DNA of 63,899 bases, filler included, from Octopus bimaculoides (taxonomy: Eukaryota), in the NCBI RefSeq assembly GCF_001194135.2. It is 7 parts of 7 records of this genome, joined end to end, with 100 filler letters (N's around TTAATTAATTAA, not from the genome) between each part and the next. Parts side by side here need not be neighbours in the genome. Positions count along the whole stretch, not along the records: positions 1 to 19,535 come from NC_068981.1; positions 19,636 to 41,779 come from NC_069008.1; 5 more parts are not named here. The stretch is one strand, 5' to 3'. A program made the position numbers and the translations under genes. The notes under the pieces are model-generated. The model had not been told where the DNA came from. It made no database searches and saw only the letters and a list, made by a program, of their open reading frames with translations. This document shows positions 11,986 to 24,533 of the stretch, piece by piece (the stretch's first letter is position 1; the number at the start of each line of letters is the position of its first letter).

Positions 11986-12674
11986 AACAAGCAATGAAGA
12001 CTGACTGAATGAATCTGTGTTGAATTCAGTTATTTCTTATTGTGAATACTCCCCACAGCTACCAGAAGGGTACGATGATTTGTTTTCTGCATTTTCCTGT
12101 GTCTGACAAGATAAATCAATGATTTTTATCTGTGATTCACTGAAAACAATAATTTTCTTTTTTTTTAACCCAACAATACAAAATTAGTTCTTTTAATTTC
12201 TTTCTGTTTGCTTTATAGTTTGTTACAAAAATATTTTTAAAATCATATTTTCATTGTATAGTGGTATTTAGGAAAGTTTGTTTATGTCTCTTCAAGTAGA
12301 AATAAGAAAGAGTCTTATAAGTAATAACAAGCAAATAAAGAATTATTAAAATAATTCCAATTAACAAGGTATATCCAAATGTGTGGGTGTACACACTCTA
12401 AGTTGGATACATGGTCGCATTACGATAAACTATTCCAGATTTATCCAGTACTTTCAGCTTGCCAATGTAGGTTTTTTGCAAATAATTTAATTTTTATGAC
12501 AATATCTTTCATCCATTCAATCAAGAATTGTGTAGACAACAGGTTAGCATCCAATTTCATCACAAACATCTATAATGCTCACTGTTCCATGTTTCCACAG
12601 GTGAAACAGAATTTGTTGGTGTAGATTTTCTTCAACAAGATTCCCTTCTGTTACCAAACTGCACCTACATCCGA

Positions 12675-13667
12675 GGAAAGTGAATTTTTTCCCAACCAAG
12701 CTCTTCAATCTTCTGTGATGTGATTTTTGCAGTGTGGGGTTGCACATTGTCCTGATGGAACATCACTCCTTTTCAATTCACTAAAGCGGGGTCTTTTTTT
12801 CTTCAAAGCTTGGTTCAAACGCTCTAATTGCTGACATTAGACTTGAGTATTGATTGTTGTATTAGGTGGTAACAAATTAAAGTGAATTACTCTTTTGCAA
12901 TCCCACCAGATAGACAGAAGAACCTTTTACCCATGAAGTTCCCTTCTCGGTTGTAGTTGAGTTTTTTCCCTTTTACCAAACCACTGTTTACGACGTTTAA
13001 CATTTCGATAAAAGATCCATTTTTCTTCACCAGTCACAAGCCTATCCAAAAAGGGTGAAATGAGTTCGTGAGAATGAAGAGAAGAGCAGATGTCAATTCA
13101 AGATTTGCGGTTGCTTTCGGACAATTCATGAGGCACCCATTTTCCAAGTTTAGGAACCTTTCCAAGTTGTTGATGACGATGAACAGTTGTATGGTTTGAA
13201 CTAAGTTTTATTGCCAAGTCATCGACTGATAATACAAGATTTTCTTCAAGTAATGCCTCAAGGAGCTTATCATCAAACTCAACTGGATGTCCTGTTCGAT
13301 CTTCATCTTCAAAGCTGAAATCTCCACTTCTGAATTTTGTAAACCATCTTTTGCAAGTTCTTTCATTCAAGCATTCTTTCCCATAAACTGAGTGTATGTT
13401 TCGAGTTGCTTTGGCTGCAGAGTTTCCTTTTTTGTACTCATATAGCATTATGTGCCTCAAATGCTCTTTGGATACTTCCATGTTAGAAAGGGTTTTAATC
13501 AAAAAAATTTTAGTTCTATTATTCTGTAAAATAATATTTAATTAGTTTAAATGTACACAAATGCATGAAAATAATTATCAATTCCATTAGATATTCTAGA
13601 ATACTATTAAATTTCATTCAATTTTAAAAAAGGTAAAATCGGACAGAACTTATGGGATGAGCTGATA
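12675..13667 (-). mobile_element. mariner (Mos1-like) transposon, 3'-truncated pseudogene with 5' TIR
   Basis: HTH N-terminus MEVSKEHLRHIMLYEY..., WVPHEL, LDRLVTGEEKW, IWWD, HQDN..PHTA; TIR TATCAGCTCATCCCATAAGTTCTGTCCG next to TA at 13668-13669; stops after GWEKIH. Confidence 0.95.
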
Positions 13668-13895
13668 TATCAAAATTGGAATTTATAAGAAATTTCTAGA
13701 CAGTCTAAATTTTAATATTTGCTTTCTTTAAGTAAACATTACATTTTCATAACTTATTGATAAATAGTTTTCTTTATTATAGTATGCACAATAGTGTGAC
13801 ATTTTGAGCAAGTGTCTTCTACCATAGCCATGGGCTGAGCATAGCCTTGAGAGTGGGCATTGCAGACAGAAGCTGAAAAAAGCCCTTCATGCATG

Positions 13896-13935
<40 letters not shown>

Positions 13936-14216
13936 CATGCACTCATGTATGTGTATATGTGTACATATCTATATTGTTATCAATATCATCATCATTATAA
14001 CATCTCCCTTTTCATGCAGGCATAAGTTGGACAATTCCACATAGACAGATGAGTCAGAGGAATGCACCAAGCTCTAGTATCTACTTTGGCATGGTTTCTA
14101 TAACCGGATGCTCTTCTTAATGCCAACTAAATATTCTCAAAACATCTCAAAGGAAAAATTTGTAATCACCTATTTTTTCATGAAAACCATTGAATAAAGG
14201 TGGTAGAGAGCAAGAG

Positions 14217-14283
<67 letters not shown>

Positions 14284-14319
14284 GCATTGCAAGGAAACAG
14301 CAGAAGAAAAGGGATACAA

Positions 14320-14362
<43 letters not shown>

Positions 14363-14944
14363 TATTTGTGTCTCCTTGTCTTGATATGACGTGATAACGG
14401 TAAGCAAGCATCTCTGCCATGCAAGAAGTCGTATTTGTTTCCAGTCATACACGAAAGCATGTCCAGCCAAGGGAAAACATTAATTTGCTAGGAAAAAGGT
14501 GAGTGTTAGTAACAGGAAGTCTGGCAACAAGAAAATGTGCCTCACTCAAGTTCCAAATGGGTCATGTAAGCATGCAAAAATTGAGACATTGAAAATAATT
14601 TTGGTTTTGTTGTTATAGCAAATTTATAAGAGACATACTAAAGTGATGAGACATGAAAGGGGTGATATCATTCATATGTGCAGAAGTTATAGTGAATTCT
14701 CCCAAAATAGTCTTATGTCTTCTAGTTAATCTCTCAAGTCCACTACAGGAGTAAATCGGCTATTACTAACATAGTGAAAGTAAATGTAAAGAAAGAATGT
14801 CATATTCTCAGTATGTATAATAGAATAGATGTTTGTATAGATGTAACAGTTATATAGAGAGTGAGAGACAGACTGATAGAAAGAGATATATACATACATA
14901 CATATATATGTGTTATATGTATGTATATATGTGTTATATGTATG

Positions 14945-15022
<78 letters not shown>

Positions 15023-15278
15023 TGTATATATATATATATATATNNNNNNNNNNNNNNNNNNNNNNNNNNNNNNNNNNNNNNNNNNNNNNNNNNNNNNNNN
15101 NNNNNNNNNNNNNNNNNNNNNNNNNNNNNNNNNNNNNNNNNNNNNNNNNNNNNNNNNNNNNNNNNNNNNNNNNNNNNNNNNNNNNNNNNNNNNNNNNNNN
15201 NNNNNNNNNNNNNNNNNNNNNNNNNNNNNNNNNNNNNNNNNNNNNNNNNNNTATATATATATAGATAGATATATATAT

Positions 15279-15325
<47 letters not shown>

Positions 15326-16021
15326 TAGATATGCATGTATGTATGTATGTATGTATGTATGTATACATATAAATAGCAATTCCTTCTACCACATTTCACT
15401 CATAAGATCTTAGTTTTTGACTAAGGTTATAGCAGAAGAAACTTGCCTAAAGTGCTACTCATAAGGTTTCTAAGTAAGCTTTCTAATCACATGTTAATGG
15501 ATGTCTATTTTTCTCACACACACACACACACACACATATATGCATATAAATATACATACATACATATATATGTATATATACATGTGTGTGTGTGTGTATG
15601 TATGTATGTATATATAATTCAGTTAGGCATAGCAATAATAATAATTCAGTATACATATACTTCAGAATAATACATAAATTGAATATAGAGCATGATATGA
15701 AATTAAATAAATGACAAAGGATCAAGAAATTATGCGACAAATTTTATTAGCTTACAGCTGTTTCTGCTGTCAGATGCAGAGTACTCAATACTGAGCAATT
15801 GTGCATCATCTTATAGCTTCCTTGGAACTTCAAAAATGAAGTGTAAGTTTATTTGGGTAAGCATTTACAAATATGGAAAAGTTCATCATCCAAAAAGTAA
15901 AAGCATTACATAATAAATGTATGCACCAAATTATCTAAATCTACATATTTCTGAGAGTGGTTTTCATTATACAATGTAGAATGTAATTTTTTGCTTTCCC
16001 AAATAAACTTGCATTTCATTT

Positions 16022-16106
16022 TTGATGTCCTGAGGAAGCTATACTATGATGCACAAGCACTCAGCTCTGTGTATGCTGCATCTTGTAGCAGAAATGGATG
16101 TAAGCC
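16022..16106 (+). ncRNA. Possible degenerate hammerhead relic with long stem II
   Basis: CTGAGGA 16030-16036, GCTATA/TGTAGC and GATGCA/TGCATC pairings, GAAA 16091-16094, GTA 16100-16102; stem I and the 10.1-11.1 pair are mismatched. Confidence 0.3.
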
Positions 16107-17259
16107 AATGAAGTTCACTGTATAATTCCTTGTTCTTTTGTCATTTATTTAATTATACATACTCACATCCATGCAGAGATACACAGTGGCATTAAAAAGG
16201 GTGTTCAGCTGTAGAACCATGCCACAATAGACAATTTGGAGTCTGGCCAGCTCCCCGGCTAACCAGCTCCCCGGCTGACCATCTCCTGTCCCACCTATAT
16301 GTTACAATAAACTTTTCACACACCCTACACCAAGAAACAAAACAACATCCCCTCTTCTAAAACTGCATCTTTCTCTTCCTCACATTTCCTCTTCAGACAC
16401 TATGATTGTCTCCCACTCCTCTTCCCTACTACCCTCACTGCCCTGCTCACTGTATCACTGCTTTCCCCCCACCCCACCCTATCTTTATACCCATGTTTCT
16501 ACCAGTCACTGCAATCCCCATTCCCTACTCATGCCTTCCTGGCAATACCTGGCCGCATATATCATGACCTCCATACCTAGAAGGCATGTGCTGCCAATTG
16601 CCACCATCTCTCTCTCTCTCTTCCTTACTGTACCATAACATCTCTGCTCTGATTCTTGTTATTTGTGATTATACTCTGGCACTTCACCACTATCTCTCTC
16701 CTGCTCTCTCTCTTGCACCACTCTCTCTATCTTCTCCTTGCTCTTCCCTCTGGCTAGGTAGCCACATATGTCCTCTACAGCAAGCACACCTGTTTGTCCT
16801 CATTCTTGATCACTCTGTCTCTCCTCTTGATTTTCTCTCTGGCCAGGTAACCAAGTATCTGCTTCACATCAGCACACCTATTTCTGTCCTCCTTCTCGTA
16901 CCTCTCTCTTCCCTACTCTCCCTCTCCCCTCTCCTCTCACTCTCCCCTTCTTTCTTTCTCTCCTCTCTCTTCTCTGTCTGTCTCTCTCTCCTCTCTCTTC
17001 TCTGTCTGTCTCTCTCTCTCTCTGAGTAATCATGTACCTTCTCTGTAGCAAGACACCTGTTTCTGCTTCAGTTTCTCTATCACACTCTGACCTTTCATCA
17101 TCTGACATGCAATCACCTCCTTCAATGCCCCCTCCTCTACAGCAAGACACCTGTTTCTGCCTCTCTGTCACTCTCTAACCTTTCATCATTTGATACAAGA
17201 TCCCCTCCTCCAATTACCCATCACCTCTCAAAATTCCTTGTCTTGCAAATTACTTGGTG

Positions 17260-17552
17260 ACCCTACCGGTGCCGGTGCCACTATAAAGCATCCAGTCCAC
17301 GCTGTAAAGTGGTTGGCATTTGGAAGGACATACAGTTATAAAAATCATGCCAAGACTGACCTTGCCTGTGCTGGTACTACGTAAAAGTCATTCAGTCCAC
17401 TCTGTGGAGTGGTTGGTGTTAGGAAGGGCATCCACCTGTAAAAACCCTGCCAAAACAGACACAATAGCCTGAGGTAATTTTCTACCTGGTCAGCTCCTGT
17501 CAATCATCCTACCCATGCATGCAAGAAAGACGGACATTAAACGATGATGATG
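17260..17552 (+). mobile_element. RTE-type long 3' UTR/tail fragment
   Basis: GGTTGGTGTTAGGAAGGGCATCC...GGACATTAAACGATGATGATG, same tail as 58380-58545. Confidence 0.75.
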
Positions 17553-17555
17553 GTG

Positions 17556-17595
<40 letters not shown>

Positions 17596-17681
17596 CCATA
17601 TAGTGTTGACTGTCAGAAAAGAATATTCAATACCATCAATACTACAATAAAAATTTATACTCTTTCTCTCTTTTACTCTTT

Positions 17682-17715
<34 letters not shown>

Positions 17716-17744
17716 ATATATGAAAATATTTAACTATCAGTCTG

Positions 17745-17788
<44 letters not shown>

Positions 17789-17872
17789 GTATGGATATGT
17801 ATTTGCATAGCACGTGCTTTGATTTGAGATCATGTGCTTGTTCACTCTCTCAAAATCATTCTCACCATCTCA

Positions 17873-17920
<48 letters not shown>

Positions 17921-18398
17921 GTACTCTCTATTTCTGTCATGTGATCTCTTATTTTCTCTGTTTCTCTTTTGTAAATCCTTTTGCTCTCTTTTTCCCTCTT
18001 ACTCACACTCTGCATCTCCCCCCCACCACCACCACCACTGACTTTTTTTTTCCATCAATAACTTTCCCTTGTACCCATGCACACAATTGTTCTCCTTCTC
18101 TCTCTCTCTCTCCACCTTTCTCTCTCTCTCACCTTGTCCAGTCTTATATTCTTTCTCTCTCCCCCTTCTTCTCATGCACTTTTCTTCTCTCTGCTACTCT
18201 CTCAGTTTTTATGCCAGACTCTTCCCTAATATCACTCTCTCCTTCTATCGTTCAGCCTCTCTGTTTCTCTTAAGACAGATGTACATATATGTATTTATTT
18301 AGGGTGTCACTCGCTTAAGAGCTTGTACACACACACACACACGTGCACACACATACACGCGTGCACACATACACACACGTGCACACACATGTATATAT

Positions 18399-18432
<34 letters not shown>

Positions 18433-18998
18433 CTATATATNNNNNNNNNNNNNNNNNNNNNNNNNNNNNNNNNNNNNNNNNNNNNNNNNNNNNNNNNNNN
18501 NNNNNNNNNNNNNNNNNNNNNNNNNNNNNNNNNNNNNNNNNNNNNNNNNNNNNNNNNNNNNNNNNNNNNNNNNNNNNNNNNNNNNNNNNNNNNNNNNNNN
18601 NNNNNNNNNNNNNNNNNNNNNNNNNNNNNNNNNNNNNNNNNNNNNNNNNNNNNNNNNNNNNNNNNNNNNNNNNNNNNNNNNNNNNNNNNNNNNNNNNNNN
18701 NNNNNNNNNNNNNNNNNNNNNNNNNNNNNNNNNNNNNNNNNNNNNNNNNNNNNNNNNNNNNNNNNNNNNNNNNNNNNNNNNNNNNNNNNNNNNNNNNNNN
18801 NNNNNNNNNNNNNNNNNNNNNNNNNNNNNNNNNNNNNNNNNNNNNNNNNNNNNNNNNNNNNNNNNNNNNNNNNNNNNNNNNNNNNNNNNNNNNNNATATA
18901 TATATATATATAGTTGAAATTAATAGAAAAAAAGGACAAAGACAGGTGTATGAACAACAAGCAGGTGTATTAGTTTGACACTCAGGAAAATGGAAAAG

Positions 18999-19035
18999 TC
19001 TTTTACGTTTCGAGCCCACGCTCTTCAACAGAAAG
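18999..19035 (-). ncRNA. Minimal Penelope-type hammerhead-like motif with CUGUUGA core variant
   Basis: Minus strand CCTTT-CTGTTGA-A-GAGC-GTGG-GCTC-GAAA-C-GTA-AAAG: 4-bp stem II, minimal stem III, 4-bp stem I, A6 changed to U. Confidence 0.5.
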
Positions 19036-19495
19036 GAATAAGAGAAAATAAACAGAGAGAGAATGAAAAAAAAACCTTGTAGATTTAGCTGTCAAGCATG
19101 GCGAATGATTAGCAAAAAAGTTTGAAAGAGGTTGTAAAAAAAAGGAGATAATAAAATGCTGGTAATCCCAAATGAAGGTACGCGTGTGGTGTGTGTGTGT
19201 ATGCGAGAATGGTGTGTGTGAATGTGTAAGTGTGTGTGTGTGTGTGAATAGGGGTTAGTGACTCTGACGTTTGTGAATGTGTGCGTGTGTAAGTGCGTGC
19301 ATCTAACGTGTGGCTGTTCATATAGTGGTATGTGAGGTGATGCTATTGAAGATTGTGTGTGGGTATGTGGATGATGGCATGTGGTGTGGGTGCTGGGAAG
19401 TGGTCAGTGCTAGGGTGTGTGGAGTGGTGTGGGGGTGGGGATAGAGTGTGGGGAATAGTCCTTTAGAGACGTCCTGTGTTAAAAATGCATCATAT

Positions 19496-19535
<40 letters not shown>

Positions 19536-19635
19536 NNNNNNNNNNNNNNNNNNNNNNNNNNNNNNNNNNNNNNNNNNNNTTAATTAATTAANNNNNNNNN
19601 NNNNNNNNNNNNNNNNNNNNNNNNNNNNNNNNNNN
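19536..19635. other. Artificial scaffold linker N44-TTAATTAATTAA-N44
   Basis: Exactly 100 bp with a six-frame stop 12-mer at 19580-19591; the same cassette occurs six times. Confidence 0.95.
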
Positions 19636-19797
19636 TTCTTCTTCTTCTTCTCATCTTGTTGTTGTTGTTCTTCTTCTTCTGCTTCTTCTTCTTCCTCCTC
19701 CTCCTCCTCCTCTTCTTCTTCTTCTTCTTCTTCTTCTTCTTCTTCTTCTTCTTCTTCTTCTTCTTCTTCTTCTTCTTCTTCTTCTTCTTCTTCTTCC
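19636..19797. repeat. (TTC)n/(CTC)n trinucleotide array
   Basis: Long TTC run giving spurious poly-Glu/poly-Phe ORFs. Confidence 0.95.
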
Positions 19798-20409
19798 ATC
19801 ACACAACGATAAAATATAGACTTTTTTGGCAATATCGACATTTTAGTTGTCACTGCTGTTATTGTAATTATATTTATTTTATATTTACTGCCGTAAACTT
19901 TAATACTCATGAATGTGGTTGAATTGACAATACATATCGGCAAGTCATCCAGAAAAAACAAAACAAAACAAGATTACAAAGAATATGGATTTTTTGTGTA
20001 TCCATTGTTAACCTCAAACAAAAACATATCGTATTACATCCACATCATGTATTAGTGAGAGAAACAAAGAGAGAAAAAGAGAGACAAAGAGGGAGAAAGG
20101 GATGGAGAGAGTGAGAGAGATACTTGTCTGGTGAAAGAAGTATTAACCTTTTAATCAAACATATCTTGCATTGAATGAACATCGATATTATTTATGCATA
20201 TTTATATACACACAGCCTCCGCTCCATCACACAAACATACACACGCGTATCGATCGGGAAAACAAGTAGTTATTATGAACAAAACATTAACATTCTGTTT
20301 ACATCATTCCAATTAATCTGTTGGTTTTCCACAATGTGTGTCCACTTCCCGAGAAGAGTAGGTCATATGTAAAGAGCTGAATTTACATACATACATACAA
20401 AACTGTGTT

Positions 20410-21090
20410 GTCAGAGGTGCGAGAGCATCGGAAAAACCTAGTTTCAATGTGGCTAGACTACAAGAAAGCCTTTGACTCTGTTTCCCACTCTGCTAGAAGC
20501 CCTTCAACTTGCTAAAGTTCCCATGAGAAGAGTCAAAGCCATAGCTGACCTGACTTCATCGTGGACCACCATCATGAAATTAAACACAAAGTGTGAATGT
20601 ATTATCACCGACAGAATGAAATCCGGCGGAAGGATAATCCCAAGGACAAAGAAATAAGAACCCACAATATGGCAGAAGCCATAGCCACTCATAATAAAAA
20701 GGAATATTGGTGGAATGTCTCAGTGATGACCCCCTCCCCCAAAATGTAAACAAAACAGACCTAATATAATGATTTGGGATAGAGAAGAGAAACTGTGCAC
20801 AGTTGTGGAAATCAGCTGCCCAGTGGATGTTAACATAAAACTGAAGATCAGTGAAAAAGAGAACACCTATGCTGAACTATTGAGAAATCTGCAGTTATCC
20901 TATCCAGATTACAAGTTCAGATTTATACCTGTAATTATTTGGGAACTGGGATATGTAACACACTGCTTAAATACCCATCTTGAGAAATTAGGCTTCTCAA
21001 AACCAGAACGGAGAAAGCTAATTCGAAAGACAACAGATCCAATCCATCACTGGAACTGTAAAACTTTCCAGAAGTTTATCATTTAAATAG
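20410..21090 (+). mobile_element. R4/Dong-like (RLE) non-LTR retrotransposon, internally deleted
   Basis: RT motif MWLDYKKAFDSVSH joined within ~200 bp to the endonuclease region KEYWWNV...NRP(D)IMIWDREEKLCTVVEISCP.D...EKENTY. Confidence 0.85.
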
Positions 21091-21239
21091 ACATGAGCAT
21101 GTCTAGAGATGCAACTATATGCATGAGAATACATACATAAAACATACATTAGGTTAGAAAAATACAAGGGGAAAATACATCTAAAGACAATTGAAAAAGA
21201 GTTTTCAAATCCAGTACCCAACATACACTTTCCGCTTCA

Positions 21240-21400
21240 TATCTATTACTTTTGGAGCGACAGGATACCCGTCTGGAACAAAGTATGGCTGAACTTGGGG
21301 ATCTTGGGAAGAAAATGGAAATTCATATGCTACAAATGATCACGATATCTGGGACTATAAAAATCTGCAGGACCTCTGAAGATTTAAAGGATGACGGTTA
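21240..21400 (+). mobile_element. Second RLE-element C-terminal fragment
   Basis: ITFGATGY...KMEIHMLQMITISGTIKICRT, typical ending of R4/Dong-like ORFs. Confidence 0.55.
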
Positions 21401-21534
21401 AAACAAGATACTTTCCTTCACAACTCTGCTACCAAGTAGGTGGTTAGTCAAAATGTACTCTAAAATTAAAAAGAGAAAGAGAAGAACATACATACATCGA
21501 TCTTCACTATACACTCAATGGACAGCTTGTTGCT

Positions 21535-21745
21535 CCCAGTCTGTTGCTGCCAGCCGCAGTAGACAGCTGCCAAAACAGAAGCAAACAAGTTAACCATGTG
21601 GAAATATAGCTCATAGGGTAGACCATCCAATCCTGGTGATTTGCGCCCCAAACAGCGGCTTAGAACATCTACTATTTTCTCTGTTGAAATCGGTTTCTCG
21701 CAGGACTTAATCTCTCCGTCCGGTAGGCGTGAATACAGACTCAAC
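21535..21745 (-). mobile_element. L1/Tx1-clade LINE ORF2 fragment
   Basis: CEKPISTEKIVDVLSRCLGRKSPGLDGLPYELY contains the conserved pre-RT motif SPG.DGLP.EFY. Confidence 0.8.
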
Positions 21746-22239
21746 TTCTCATGACTTCAAATTCACATTACATAATCATCTTTCGTCTTTTAGGTATCGT
21801 AATTGAGCTAACGTCTCATCCCTGGCTGAAAAGATGTAGCAATTAAAGGATAGTAATACTCAGTTTGAAATTGCCTGGAGTATAATTAGCAAAGCCTCGG
21901 TTTATGCTGTACTGAACTATATGAAATATTAACATATCAGGGTAATCTACTTCATAAAATACTTGAACTTAGGCTAAATCGTTTGCAACATAGGAAAAGA
22001 AATTCGCTTACTTTAAGTCTGTTGTGTAATACCTACAGGCCCCTGTCTATATTTCTTTCGTGGTAATTGAGTATGTTTAGTCTGTAATTCTCTGGCCAGA
22101 TGGGCACCTATGTTTACTGTTATCTACTGTTGATAACATATACTAGTAACATCATCATTTAACGTCCGCTGTCCGTTCATATAATTGTTCGGCAGCTTAT
22201 GGCTAGTTGATTGTTGTTGATTCTTCATAAAAATGTCGC

Positions 22240-22520
22240 TGGCATGCATCACATCCATTACCAACAATCTTCTTTTCACCCCTGCCAGAAAACGTGAAAG
22301 CTTTCGTATCCTTTCCACGCTCCACTACAAAGCAAGGCTCTACACCAATTTCTGGACATGGTAAACTTTTACCATCGCTTCATCCCTTCTGTAGCAAGAG
22401 TATGAGACTCCTATATAAGGCACTGCCAAAAGATGGTTAATAAAATAGGTGGAGTGATGCAATGATCTCAGCTTTCAAATCCCTGGCTACAGCAACCATG
22501 CTGTCCCATCCTCATATGAT
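22240..22520 (+). mobile_element. Ty3/Gypsy pol fragment (RT/RNase H junction)
   Basis: KALHQFL(D)MVNFYHRFIPSVARV followed by an ATATMLSHP-like motif. Confidence 0.75.
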
Positions 22521-23159
22521 ATTCATATTCCTAGCCTGGTCGACATTTTTTCTTCGTTCGACGGCAAATATGAACACTTATACTGAACAAGCGCTGTTCT
22601 TATGTCCCGTCGGAATATTGTAGTTAGTTCTATTTTTTTTATGTGAATATTACTCGAATACATGAGTTTTTTTAATATTTACCATGTACCCTTTGTATGT
22701 ATGTATGTATGTATGTATGTATGTATGTATGTATGTTCTGTTTTTAATATTTGAAATCTTCCTTTGAAGAAAAGGCTGATTTCTAACAAAGATACAAAGC
22801 TCCATCGTCGGAAAGTAGATAACAGAAACAAATTCACATTTTAAACTTGAAAAAATCTTGCATAATTTTTACTGTTTCGCTTATAGATTGTATATGTAAT
22901 GTGCGAGTTAGCTGGTCGATTTCTTTTTCTGAAAACACCAGCTTATCCATATTGTCATTTAAGCATTTGCTAACAAGACCAAGTGAACTAATTATGAGTA
23001 TAAATGTGAATTTATACTCATAAATATATATAGATGCTGGAGGTTTCGAAACAGTTGTCCGTAATTTTCCTTGTCAGTCCCAAACAAGAATACTCGGCAT
23101 GTTATAAACTTGGTAGAAGTTTTGATGGGAATGCTCCGTTAGTATTCCCTTGGTTGTTT

Positions 23160-23330
23160 AAGGCGGCGTCAGCACACCGGGAAAAATGCTTAGCGGCATT
23201 TTGTCCGTCTAAACGTTCGGAGTTCAAATGCCGACGGGGTCGATTTTCATCCTTTCGGGATCGGTAAAATAAGTACCAGTTGAGCAATGGAGTCGATCTA
23301 ACCGACTTAACCCCTTCCCCAAAACATGGC
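23160..23330 (+). mobile_element. SINE family C
   Basis: AAGGCGG head, GAGTTCAAAT B-box-like motif and TTTCATCCTTTCGGG..TAAAATAAGTACCAG core. Confidence 0.85.
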
Positions 23331-23514
23331 GCCGTCAACATAAGACGTACAGGCTGAGGGAAATGTTCGAAGTGCCACTTTGAACGTTTCGTCTACGATT
23401 ATACCGATTCTTCCTGCCCAAACCAGTAAGTGACTTATTCCGTCAGTTATAAGTAAGAGGAACACCCTTTACTTATAAAGGGTGTTCAGATCGAATTGAA
23501 AAACTATACCTTAC

Positions 23515-23587
23515 ACCATGTGTTATTCCGATAGCACGATCATGGCTGATATTAATAACAACATCGATGTAAACAAAACTACGATAC
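23515..23587 (-). CDS. Candidate coding exon of an unidentified gene (73 nt; YRSFVYIDVVINISHDRAIGITHG)
   Basis: Acceptor CCTTACAG|, donor GGT|GTAAGG, one open frame; no homology recognised. Confidence 0.3.
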
Positions 23588-24171
23588 CTGTAAGGTATTT
23601 GAAACCTGCACTGGACGAAATGGCCAGAGATAAGATGTGGATATATTTTGTATGATAGTTTAAAAATCTATACATATAAATTTGACACGGGCGATTCTTT
23701 CTTGTCTTGGGATTCACGGTTGGGTGGAATTGTGCGAAAAATTACACAGATGTGTAGAATGATCCGTGGTGATGCTGGGCTTTGTATTTTCTTCATAGCT
23801 CCCATGGTTACTGAGATAATCTACTATAATAATATTCTTGTGTTTATGAATGAGAAAGGAGGGGGTGATAGATGAATAAGGAAGGAAGGGGTGATGTCAT
23901 ACTTGGTAGTGGGATGATGAAAATTGTACGCTGAAAAAAATCAAACAGTGTTTCAACTCTGTGTGAATATATGTGTGTGTATGTAAAAGGGGGGTATGNN
24001 NNNNNNNNNNNNNNNNNNNNNNNNNNNNNNNNNNNNNNNNNNNNTGTGTGTGTGTGTGTTTACGCGCGCGCAATGGAAGTGGGATTTTTTTGTGAAGTCT
24101 TTCTTTGTAGTGTTTCAGTTATTTGTTTTCTAGTTTCAGATATTTTTTTTTTCTTTTCGTTTGTAGGGGAG

Positions 24172-24460
24172 TGGTTATACACCATTAGATGTACACCGCT
24201 TCCGTACATTAAATTTCTAGAAGAAACAACGGAACGCAGCAAGTCGAAAGGTATCGTTCGTGAGTTCGTAGAATCGCAGGAAATTGTTGAGAAGTTGTTA
24301 TAGTTTGTTGAGAGTTGTTTTGGATTGGTTACCGTTGCTGGCAGAATATTTGGAAATACATCATGTAGAGATAGTTGGTGTCCACCCCATTCTGTGGTAC
24401 TATATGTTACACTGTATTAATGTACGACACTAAGGTGACATATATAGAAACCACGTTATA
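24172..24460 (+). mobile_element. Probable LTR of a Mag/K02A2.6-like Gypsy element
   Basis: Sits between a purine tract AGGGGAG (24165-24171) and the PBS; starts TG(G)TTATA and ends CGTTATA. Confidence 0.5.
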
Positions 24461-24464
24461 AAAG

Positions 24465-24473
24465 TGGCGACGA
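24465..24473 (+). promoter_or_regulatory. Primer-binding site TGGCGACGA (complementary to the tRNA-Ser(GCU) 3' end)
   Basis: TGGCGACGA lies just upstream of gag, the usual PBS of Mag-group elements. Confidence 0.7.
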
Positions 24474-24533
24474 CTGATTCGAAGCTTTCGTTGGTCATTA
24501 AAAATATTTTATGATACAAAAAATTCGTTAATT

